Origin: Lama glama
Taxonomy: Eukaryota
NCBI GenBank assembly: GCA_028534125.1
Contig: CM052817.1
Coordinates: forward strand, 74,960,001-75,024,000
Direction: 5' to 3'
DNA length: 64,000 bases
In this document: piece by piece, positions 53,586 through 64,000 of the stretch
Layout of the letters: every line of letters begins with the position of its first letter
Position numbering within the stretch: position 1 is the stretch's first letter
Position numbers and translations under genes: made by a program
Notes under the pieces: model-generated
Database searches by the model: none
The model's input: only the letters and a program-made list of their open reading frames with translations
Told to the model about the DNA's origin: nothing

Positions 53586-56008
53586 TTTGGACTTCAGGTT
53601 TACAATGTAGATTTTTTCCCCCTAGTTTTGCAACTGACTCAAAATATACATATCACTAGGTTTGAGACAAAGCTCAAAACTGTATTTAAGTTACTATTTT
53701 CTACAGTAGTAAGCCAATTCTGAGACTAATTAATTCTGCACTCATCAGTTAAAAACAATATAATAACTGTCAATATAATATTTTCAATTATGTCTAAGGT
53801 TGCTTATTACATATGTTGGGACATAATTAGATGTAAGAGGAAAACTAGTTCACCACCTGCTTTTGGAGTTGACTCATGTACTTGAAGATGCTAAGTGACA
53901 GTTAAGGCCAATGATTATTCAAGGACTCAGTCTCAGCTTAAAGTGAAGTCACTTTCTACATGTGTCACCTTCTCACAGGAAGTTGCTGTTTGAACTATCT
54001 TTTGAAATATGGGTAGATTCAAGGAAAGTATTTTAGTCAAGGCATGGAAGCTGAGAAAAGAGGTGAAAGTGAACATGAGCAGGCAGTCACAGAGGAATGA
54101 ATACACAGTGGGCTAGCCTAACAGAAACAGTGTGTATTGAGAAGTAGTAAGAATAAATATTGAAAAGGTAAATTAAGCAGGATCACATACTTAAAATAAG
54201 TTTGGATTTCTTAGGCAGATAATGACTTAAATATATCCTTGCATACAGTAGATGTTCAATAAATAAATGGATGTATTTCTTCAAGAAGTGCAGACATATA
54301 AAAATGCTACTAATGATGTTTTGTTGCCAACAGAAAGAATAACGACAGGTCAACATGCCTGAGTAGAGAACCAAACTTACTGGTAGCATCAACAATAAAT
54401 CTGATTTTGCTGCCAGTGTGGAAGCTTACATTCACCATGTTCACGATTTTCAAAAACCTCATTGAGAAAGAGTGTTTATTCTGCCTTAGGGAAACTATGA
54501 ACAAAGAACATAGTTTCTGTACGCTACCAAAGTTTTATGTACAGTACCAAGTGTTCCAACCAGGGGTAAAACACTGTTCACAGAAATCAGGTTATTGGGC
54601 TGCAAGGAAACTTTTAAAATTAATTTTTTAATTTTTAATAATCAGGATGGCCCTTTATTATTTTAGATTTCTCTAAAAATGCGTGCTCACTCAACCAATA
54701 CCACTTTTGGAATGAACATTACCTACATATAATTAAGATCATAATGAAAACAAGAGTTGTTTTCAAAACCAAGAAAGAATAAATTCGAGTGTATAAGAAA
54801 TCCCCCTAAATAGCCTAAGGTCATCTTGCTAATAGAGCTTTAGATATACAGGAAGTATTCTGGGATTGCCTTGAGGACCACACTGAAATATTACCAAATC
54901 AAAATGTGGCTATATTTTCTGATCTATCCCTAGTTAATATTTCACAATCTTTCAAAATATAATTAGTTTTTAGAAGTTTCTATTCATTAATTTTTCTCTC
55001 ATATCTTGAGTTTTTAGATACACAATGAAATTTTATTAACAATTAGATGATAGTTACTGAAACTGCCTGATCTTAATTTTGCCTGATTTGGAAATGGACA
55101 AATTAATTTCTGCCTCAGTAGCTTTGGTCAAATGAGAGCATGATGAAATAAGATAAAGTATGAAAATTTCTAATAAAACCCCCCAAACCCCAAAACTAGA
55201 TATGTTATAGTTTAAATCTGACAGAACCATGCAGTGGAAAGAATACGGACTTTCAAATTCAGTTAAACAGCTCATATTCTTTTCACTGCATCAGATTCTG
55301 TACATTAAAAATGCTGATTCTTTAGCACTGTGATCCAGAATCTCTATCTCAAAGTGGGTAAATTGGCTCAAATAAAAATATGCTACTACATTTTTGTCCA
55401 TAGAGTGCTGCAGACAAGGCTATGTTTGAATCTGCTGTTAACTACTCCCCGCTCCCTGCTCCCAATCTAACTGTGGGAGTGGCCTGGGGTGAGTGGCACA
55501 CATAATCAAGCATTTTCAACCATGACCCTCCAGCTTTCCTCAATTTGTTCCACTGGGGAACAAAACACCTGTACTCTCAATTTCAGAATAATACAGAAAA
55601 ATGTTACTAGATATCCAGTACCCTTCCTCTAGAAAATTCAGGGCACTTTTGAAGGAGGATGGATTTCTGCTCATCTATCTGTGTGTTATGAAATGTTACA
55701 GCACCAGGAAATGAACATGAGGATGGAGAACTGGGAGTATGCAGAACTTCTCTACACAGAGAATCTGATTCTCTCCCACAAAATCATATTTATGGAAAAA
55801 ACATTAGTCAAAATAGAAATCAAATGCCAAAGACTAGAACTATGATTTTTATATTGAAAACCAATAATTCCAATTGACCTGTAAGAAACCCAAGAGGTTA
55901 ATAGACCTCACTCCCTACAAAGTTTCTGATATTCTTTGATTAATACTTCTGAGAGAGAACCAGAAATAACATCTGAAGGGGTAGAAAAGAGTATTTTCAG
56001 TTAACTTA

Positions 56009-56010
<2 letters not shown>

Positions 56011-56059
<49 letters not shown>

Positions 56060-56118
56060 CTATATAATTAGTATACGTATGCACACATACACACCCACAC
56101 ACACACACACACACACAC
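56011..56118. repeat. (GT)23, a 25-nt spacer, then imperfect (CA)~18: an inverted microsatellite pair
   Basis: GT run at 56011-56056 and CA run at 56082-56118. Confidence 0.95.
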
Positions 56119-57724
56119 TCAACTTTACTGATTCTTTATCTGCCTGTGGCATTGCTCTAGCCTTCGTTAAATTTCAGTATTCAGTTATTTTGTTTGGGGT
56201 TATATCACTTAAGAAATCATCAATAATCCTGTATATTATTTGAGTAGAGGTGAATAGCTCTTTGTTTCTCTATAGAGAGTAAGTGAGATAGCTGAATTGG
56301 AGTGGGAAAATCTTGTTAGAATTATAAAGAACTTTTTCAAGCAATATAGTTTGTTAGACTGACATCGGAAAACCTTCTCTTTTCAAGATTTCAGGATAGG
56401 AATCGCTTAGGGAACCATCTGAAGCACAGGACCTTGCCTTAAGTTTATGATTTTGAAATTAAAATAAAACTAGCATTTATATTAATTAAAAGGAACAGTA
56501 AATATGAGAAACATAACAGGAAAAAAAAAGAGAAATCTAGATTGAACTCCAGAAATCCCTTTACAACTATGCCCAAAATGAAATTGTTGGATCTCAGTTA
56601 AGTGTTTCTTCATTTAGTGGCTCACTAAAAACAGTTTCTTGGTCTACATTTCCTTTGAAGATTTTTAAAAAGTGAAATTATTTCACTGGTCTTAATTATA
56701 TTTTATGATAGTGGTCATAATATGTTAGGATAAGGGGAAAAAGCTGTTATTTTGAAGTGGTATGAAGGCTTCATCTTTAGAGGATAAAAAGACTAAACAG
56801 CAGAAATTCAAAAAAGATGATATGATCTTAGCAATCTTTAGTTCCTTTATAATTCTAAGCTGTGTCCTATTATTTTTGTTTCTATGTTTGCTAAAATTAT
56901 TGATTCACAGAATGAATTTAATTATACATAAAACAAGATAGACCCAAGTGAGAATGTTGAATCAAGATGATAAAAAAAGGAATTATTCTCAGAACTGCCT
57001 ACCTAACCCAGCAAAACATATTTGGCATTTTCTTTATCTAATAGCAATCATGGGGTAAATTTGTTATTCTGCAGTCAATTTGATCATAACCTAGGAGCGA
57101 TTCCAGTAACTCTACTGTTTTACCCAAAACGATATGGTAATAGAGATAGTGATGGAAGCCTCCTGAGGTCAGTCCAATACCACATTCCCTGTAAAACTTT
57201 TTTTTGTTCATAGCTATATTTACAAGTGTATGAATATTTCATATAGGCAAGAATTATGCTTACTTGAGGTTGCAGAAAGGTCCTGGGTTGCTTCTCCATC
57301 TTGTATTTCATACACCATTGTCAAACCCAGGTCGGGCAGAAGAATAATTAGTCCAGCCCAGTGATAGGTTTCCATGCCTCTATTAGTCTCGCTGCTACAA
57401 ACTGCAACATGTGCAGAGTAAAGGAGGCCATTTCTATGGGGGGGGGTAGCTGGGATGGGCAAAGCCTAGGAAGAGGCAGGGGGATTAAATTCAAATACTC
57501 TTTGAAATATTTAATTCAATGGTCCTCTGACACATCTAAGGTGTAGCTGAGGAATGGATAAGGCTTAGTTCAAGTTTGTTTTTTTTTTAATGCTTACTTT
57601 ATTTCAAACCTACTGCCTCTTAAAGGTTTGAGTAATTAGGAATATAAGATATTCAAAATTATATTTTATCAATACCACAAAGTCAGTGAAGTAAAATCAT
57701 GATGTTATTTATAAATGTTCTTAC

Positions 57725-58702
57725 CTTTACATCTTTGACATTCATCCTTGTTCCTTCCTTCCCAACAAAGATGTCATCAATGTCCACGAGGATGTATCTG
57801 TCCAAAGACAATGTCAGCCTCTTCCCTGACAAGAAGGAGATGGCATCTATGAAGATGAGCTTATGCAGCCAAAAGTTCAAGTTGTTGCCAAAAAGTACTC
57901 GCTGAATTCCATCATGAAGCCCCAGATCCTGAATCACCGTCGCATAGAGCGGTTTGCCAGACAAGGATGGAAGGGGTTTTTCCGTCTGTAACTCAGTTAA
58001 AAGCACAGGCTGGTAGGTTGAATGATTATAATGAAAAATTGTCCAGTCCTCCCCAGGAAGAGGGCCTTTCTCAACTTTGGGGGCTTTGGTAATATGCAGC
58101 AAAGGAGACTGAGGGTTGACAAAACAGTCCTTTAGAGCCAGATTATTGAAAAGGTTTAATGGAAAACCTTTTAATTGTGTACTTGGTAAGCTGTTCTCAT
58201 TGGCTTTATGAAAACCAATTATACTAACACTGTATTCCACACAGTATTTTTCTAAAAGCTCTCGATTCCATGAGTCCATGCTAACATACTTCAGAATATT
58301 TTCATAAATAACTAAAATATATTTCCCTCTGCCATTGTCTGTAAGAGGAGGTATGTCTCCCTTGCCGGGGGCAATGACCATGTGGTACTGAAATCGGCTG
58401 GACTCCAAGATAGCTATAATATCTTGACCAAGTTGAGAATATTGGCTCTCCACAAACAGGAGGACAGTAGGATCCGTTTTGGATGTATCAATAGGTTTAA
58501 CTGTCTTCAGCTCCATTGATCGATACGGTAGGATTTTAATGTCAGTACATTCTGCTTCCGCAGTGGTTTCAATAAGTGTCATTTCCTGTTTATAGCCAGA
58601 GTAGAGGAAATAGGCAGAAATGACAATGCTCAACAGGCAAAAGGTAGCTAAAAGAACAATCAGGGTTCGAAAACTTCTCCGAAGCTTCCCAATAAGATTC
58701 AT
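57725..58702 (-). CDS. NDST4: NDST4 first coding exon (codons 1-326): cytoplasmic tail, type II transmembrane anchor, N-terminal lumenal region and start of the N-deacetylase domain
   Basis: The translation [34 protein letters not shown]...[35 protein letters not shown]...[24 protein letters not shown] is NDST family, and the N-terminus is the NDST4 type. ATG at 58702-58700. Donor AAG|GTAAG with GT at 57724-57723 (phase 0, 978 nt). The last 13 aa of the ORF-track entry ([13 protein letters not shown]) are intron read-through. Confidence 0.97.
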
Positions 58703-58947
58703 TTTTTAAAATACTGCTTTGGAAGCTTTTTCCAAGATCTCTTCCTAAAGTGCCATTGTGAATAAAGTATGAGATGGTGCAAATGCCACTTTCCAAAAGT
58801 TCATGTAACCATTGCAAAACATGTAAAATGCTTGAAGGGATTGCAAGCAAGTTAAAGCTGGAGGGCAGTGGACCAGGAGGGTAAAAATTGAAGAGCTTTT
58901 GAATATGGCCAACACCAAAGATTGCTGTAGGGTCCTTTAAACATTAT
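58703..58947 (-). other. NDST4: 5' UTR portion (245 nt) of the first coding exon of NDST4
   Basis: The minus-strand acceptor TTATTATTTCTCATCTTTTTCAG|ATAATG has a clear polypyrimidine tract, with CAG at 58950-58948. The UTR contains five upstream ATGs. Confidence 0.82.
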
Positions 58948-61510
58948 CTGAAAAAGATGAGAAATAATAAAGACTAAAACAAAAATAGAAATATAAGTAT
59001 TTATGTGTATACATATGCTAATATATAGGAAACAAATATATAAACGATAGTTTTAGTGTGTTAATATGCTAAAATATTAATAGCCTGATGTTTTCAGTCT
59101 AGATTTTACTACTTAGAGTATAGTAGATTTTTTTCATGTCCTCAAGAATAAGGATGCCTATTTGATTTTGCCAAAATATCCATATATATAGAAACACAGA
59201 TTGAGATCATTTTTCAAACTAGTCACCTCAAAAAACAAGACGTAAGAAAAAAAGCTTAGTGTAAAATGGTAATTACCATAAGCCTTGCTTCTACAAGGCT
59301 GGTAAACATTATATACATTATGGAATCAGGAAATCAGGCATCTGTGTGGGGGTTGGAGCAGTGGAACCTGCTCTTCAGTGTCCACCGAATTTTCTGGAAT
59401 GCCAAACTGAGGGAATGATTTTGCCTTAAGTATACAGTAGTTACAGGGTTTTCCCTTTAGTGGCATACTCTTTTCTGAAGTCACAGGGTGTCACTTGGCC
59501 CTCTTCATCATAACAGCCAAAATAAATAGGATTTCTCCTCCATTCTTAGAAGCAAAGTGAGAGAGAAGCTATGGGACAAAGAACTAAATGAGAACAAGCA
59601 TCTTCAGCTCTTCCCAATGAAGCAGAGGCCAGGGAGCCTAGAGTAGAAGAAAAACCTTGACGTGTTTTTCTCACAGCACATTCTTCAATTTGGCCAATTT
59701 CTATAATCAGAATAAAAATGAGTGTTTCATTGTTAATTTTTATCCAATAATCACATGTTCTATTTCCCTTATCACCTTCTTTGGTTCAAAAGAAAAAAAT
59801 AAAGAAAGCATTGAAACAGTAACAACAACAACAAAAAAAAATCTTTCCCGTATTGCTTCACTACAAATGGACATAATTTTCAGTTATTTTTAGGCATTTT
59901 TCTTTGTATGCATGACTCTAATTTTTAGTGAATTTCTTTCTATACAAGTTTTCTTCATTCCCTTCAAAACTGTGTTTGACTACTAATGGAACTCTCCATT
60001 TCCCAGTTTACCAAAATAGTGTCCCTAGGAAAGTAACCAAAAGAGCTCAGATTTTCAATCTGATACCTAGACTTCAAGGTGTGTATTACTGATGCACTAT
60101 ATCATGAAGAATCAGATTAGCATGTTTTATTAGATGAGTCGTATATTCTATTATGTTATAAATATTTTACAAGTTTTTAAAATTTTTTAATTTGAGGAAT
60201 TTGAATAATTAATGATATTAAGAGATTATTAGATTAAATGATTAAATATAATATATTAATACATTCATTTAATACTTTTATGTTCTGAAAAACATTTTTC
60301 CTACTTAGCAATTTAAATTTTAAAAAATCAACAATAAGTTGAAATAATGTTTTTGTCTTAGATTTTGGAAAAAAAATTTTAAAACAATCTCAAAAGTCCA
60401 CAACTTAAAATTTAAAAGTCTACCAAACATAATTCTTCAAATTCTAAACATATACATAGACCTGAATTTTTCTTTTGAAAGACAATGAACCAATTTTAAA
60501 AATCTCCCCAGTGATTTCACATTTCCTTTAAAGGAAAATTAGTTCCACATGCTAAGAACTTACTAATACCCTGGTATCAAAAATAATTTTTAAGATAATT
60601 ACTTGCTGTCCAAAATCATTTCAATTATTTTAAAATTCTGTTCCTTTTAAAGAAATTGAATTAGATTTTACTAAAAAGAAATAAAATACAACAATAAAAA
60701 GTGTTAGGTTTAGGATAAATATACATAAGTCAATTATGGTCTACCTTCTATTTTTGTGTGTATCTGAAAATGTTCATACAGTAAATTTTAAAAATAAAAA
60801 TCAAACTAAATTATATATGTAATATATAATAAATATTGAAAGATATTTGGAATTTGCCCAGGAAAATTATACAGTCTTGTATTATATTCCTTCCCAGACT
60901 TCTCCATGCATTTGATTAAAAAACCCATTTAAGGAAACATGGAATCAGTCCATTCCCACCCCCACCCTGCATCACCTCACAAAACGACATATCAAATCCA
61001 CATACTCTGGTGGTTTGTTTAGTATTTTAAGAATACATTCAATCAGGAATTTGAAAAGAAGCTAAGTACACGACAAGGTAATATTTGTTAAATTGTTATC
61101 TATTCTGACATCAAAAATATGACTTTTATTTTTGAAAGTACAAAGGATGAGATGTCAATTTTGCATATCAGAACAACTCATTCTATGCAATAGTGAAAAA
61201 GAAATAAAAAAGCATATGGGACTAGAATCTGCCAACCAAAAGAATAAATAAAATTTAAATGTGACATTTATTTAACATTAATATGTTCAGAGTTAGAAGA
61301 ATGATAGATGCACATTATTACCACTGTAGATATGTGTTTCATTCTTTGTTTGTGTGTTAAGTGGATAAATTATACTTCCCATTCCATCTTCCCATCTATT
61401 CTTCCGTAACAAAAATTGGCCAGTGGAGGTGAGGAAGCCTGGACAATAAAAGATGATATAACAAGAAAGTTCATTTATGTTCTGTGCTTGAAATCGGAGA
61501 TAGTAGGCAT

Positions 61511-62898
61511 TGTTTGGGATGCCAAAGAGATGTAGTTTGTGATTTGTTTAAATCAAATAGAGTTAGATCGATCAATAGATAGGTAGGTAGGTAGATAGAT
61601 AGATATGTAGATATATTTGGGGAGGGGAAAAATTTTCCCCCTAGCCCACTTTGTTTTTTTGGCTGGTCTAATGATTAAAATGAAAAAGAAAACACATTAG
61701 CAGGAGACAATCAAATTTCATTTCATCTGCATGGAGGTCTTGTAGATATAAGACTTAAGTGACCAAAGCAGGCAGCTTTTATGCCTCCTAGGTAAAGAAA
61801 TAATAAATTTGTGATGAATTTATAAGACAAGGAAACTTGGGTTTGGCTACTAGTTAGTGAAAAATCTAAGCAGAGTTTGTTTACACAGCCTTTTCCACCC
61901 TATCTCTGTGATAAGGATTTTCTCTACCTCCTGGTGCAGGAAGGGTACCATTCACATGGCAGATTTATCTCCTGATTTCTGGAGACAAAGAAGAGTTAGA
62001 GTGTTCTTGCACTGGCTACTTCTTAAGTAACTGTAATTCAAAATAATCAATATGCCACTTTGGCACATTTTGGGGCCACTTGCCCTGAGCTCCAACAATA
62101 TATATTGGTTTCTGCCCTCCAGTTCCTGGGACAGAGGTCCTAAATTCCTCTTAATTTCCTGGGTGATATGAAAGTCTTTTGTTCTAATGAGGCAACTCTT
62201 AATGGGTTCCTAGATGGGAGCTGGACACCAGAAAGACCAAATAATAATTAGAAGCTTGGAACTTTCAGCTCAGCCCTGTCCTCTGGGGAAGGGGAGAAGG
62301 GCTAGAAATATTGATCATGACTATGAAGGAAGCCTCTGTAAATCTCCCCAAAGTATGAGGTTCGGAGAGCTTCCAGGCTTGTGAACTCATCCACTCACCG
62401 GGAGAGTAACACACCCCAACTCCATGAGGACAGAAGCTCCTACTCTCAGGACCCTACCAGTCCTTGCCCAATGTGTCTCTTCATCGAGCTGTTCATCTGG
62501 GTCCTCTATCACATAATAAACTGGAAAATCTAAGTAAATATTTCCCTGAGTTCTGTGAGATGTTCCTGCAAATAATCAAATCCAAGGTGGGGACATCATG
62601 GGAAGCTCCGATTTGCAGCTGAGTTGGACAGCGCTGGAGACCTACCATTTGCCACTGGAGCTGAAAAGGGGAGTGGTCCTGTGGGACTCAGACCTTAACC
62701 TGCGGGGTCTGTGCTAATCCTGGTTAGTGTCAAATTGGAATTGTAAGACACCCAGGTGGTGTCCCAAAGCAGTGCTTGGTGTGTGTGTGTGTTGGGGGGA
62801 ACCTCATACACTGGTGTCAGGTGTCAGAAGTGTTATGAGAACGGTAGAGTGTGACAGCAAAGGAGAAACACACAGAGGGGAAGTAGGTTTTCTATACA
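61511..62898 (+). mobile_element. MER21-like solo LTR, split by a nested LTR
   Basis: Starts tgtttgggatgcc...tttgtgatttgt and resumes at 62098 with atatatattgg. Contains MER21-typical caccagaaagaccaa, ttcggagagcttcc, ccccaactccatgaggacagaagctcct and ccctgagttctgtgag. Confidence 0.8.
61616..62097 (-). mobile_element. MER34-family (ERV1) solo LTR nested in the MER21-like LTR
   Basis: The minus strand starts tgttggagctcagggcaagtggccccaaaatgtgccaaagtggcatattgattattttgaa (MER34-type 5' end). Flanked by atata at 61611-61615 and 62098-62102. Confidence 0.72.
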
Positions 62899-64000
62899 CC
62901 TGTCTAGCACTGTGACCCTTTAAAAAAATAAAAAAGAAAGGCTAGGCAGAGTGCAAGCGGTAGGAACATGAACTTAAGCATCTTGGAAAAGTCAAATAAG
63001 ACAATGGAGATTGTTTTAAAAGACACACATATGTTAAATGAGTCATATCAAATTAAGAATATTCATTTAAGGATAATGGTGAAGGCATTAAAATGCTGCT
63101 CCAGAAGTCTAAAAACATGTGGCATCTGTTCTTAAGGAGTCTAGATGACAGCCTAAAATGTTCATTTTACCTAAATATAATCCATTGTGAAGGACAAACC
63201 TGAGACCAGTTAGCAACAAATGACACTAAAAAGTGCTCTTAACCCAGTTTCCATTTCCACCATGATGCTGGCTTTTCGGTACAGAATGAATGAGCAACTG
63301 TGTGGGTGCCTGAGTAAGTTGCATCTGTGAAGAATTGACATTTCCTTAAGCACCAGATCAAGCAAGTTAAATAGGACTTGATCCCAATTCTGCTAAATCT
63401 GCCTTTCACATATTCTAATGAATCTATTGTTAAAAATTTGTAAATTTATTTCAGCAACAATCTATCGCAGAATTTGGGCTGTGTGAATCCTGTGCAGACT
63501 GCGGTGAGAAATAGAGGCTTTTTTTAAGGTGTGCCTTTCCTTGTTCTCATTCTTTTCTTTCCTTTCTTTTTTTTACTTCTAATCTTCCAAGTGTGACTCA
63601 ACATCAATGGTAGTGGAATAAACGTCTCCCAGAATTTCCCTATCTTTTAAGATTAGATACTATGAAGAGATTATTATTTTGCCTATCTGTTTTAAAATCA
63701 TTCTTTGACTTATTTGCAAACTGTTAGTATATTTTCTAAAATACAGTCTGCAGAGTCCATTTACCAAGGGTTCTCAATCATTGTAAATTTTTAGTGATCT
63801 CTGGCAGCAGCAGAGAAATCAGTAAACAAACTAACTGCAGGTACTACTGTAGTTACTACTATTTTGGGGCAGGAAGGAAATGCAGAAGTAAGCCAAGGGC
63901 TAGGAATCACAATTACTGTACACATGACCGTTTCTTTCTTGAAAGTGATCTGATGAACTATACAGATCATCAAAGAGGCTCTTAAAGCTCAGCTGAAATT

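Larger units (their letters stand above)
1..57724 (-). other. NDST4: NDST4 intron downstream of the first coding exon (continues beyond the window start)
   Basis: Begins at the GT donor at 57724. I saw no sequence encoding the expected next NDST segment (ALLETQNLLR...FNLGFSGKFY type) in the window or the ORF track. The content is repeats and AT-rich noncoding DNA. Confidence 0.8.
58948..64000 (-). other. NDST4: NDST4 intron upstream of the first coding exon
   Basis: Ends at the CAG acceptor. No CpG island or promoter-like region in this stretch. Confidence 0.75.

Noticed and set aside
57683..57724. C-terminal 13 aa of the 339-aa ORF treated as part of canonical NDST4
   Set aside because: NDST similarity stops at ...VKDVK, exactly at an AAG|GTAAG donor. 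The rest is intron read-through.
57699..57905. 68-aa plus-strand ORF antisense to the NDST4 exon
   Set aside because: A shadow ORF of the coding strand with no independent support.
58590..58850. 86-aa ORF overlapping the NDST4 start
   Set aside because: Begins at a non-ATG codon and has no Met. The ATG-initiated uORFs are in other frames and are reported separately.
1..64000. CRISPR arrays, operons, defence or phage systems, tRNA/rRNA/snRNA genes, processed pseudogenes
   Set aside because: This is mammalian intronic DNA. I saw no repeat-spacer arrays, gene clusters, recognisable structural RNAs or retrocopies. Weak or highly diverged ones could escape reading by eye.

Overview
AT-rich mammalian genomic DNA lying inside the NDST4 gene (bifunctional heparan sulfate N-deacetylase/N-sulfotransferase 4), which is on the minus strand. 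The only coding sequence I can support is the large first coding exon: exon 58947-57725, ATG at 58702, 978 nt or 326 codons, ending at an AAG|GTAAG donor. Everything below 57725 is the following intron (I did not find the next exon), and 58948-64000 is the upstream intron. The introns are a patchwork of L1, L2, MIR, MaLR/ERVL/ERV1 LTRs, hAT DNA transposons and microsatellites, with two 500-N assembly gaps at young L1 copies. The style of the L1 3' ends and the lack of Alu, B1, Bov, CHR, PRE-1 or Can-SINE elements suggest an artiodactyl, probably a camelid (inference). I found no prokaryotic-type or clearly new biological system. The best leads are: (1) a candidate poison exon with a (GT)23/(CA)n hairpin and a consensus donor 1.5 kb past the coding exon; (2) the uORF-laden 5' leader; (3) a possible intronic-polyadenylation isoform; (4) an L1 whose 5' UTR is fused directly to the end of ORF2; (5) a two-LTR MaLR provirus nested in an L1. 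Repeat subfamily names come from my recollection of consensus sequences, not from a database search.
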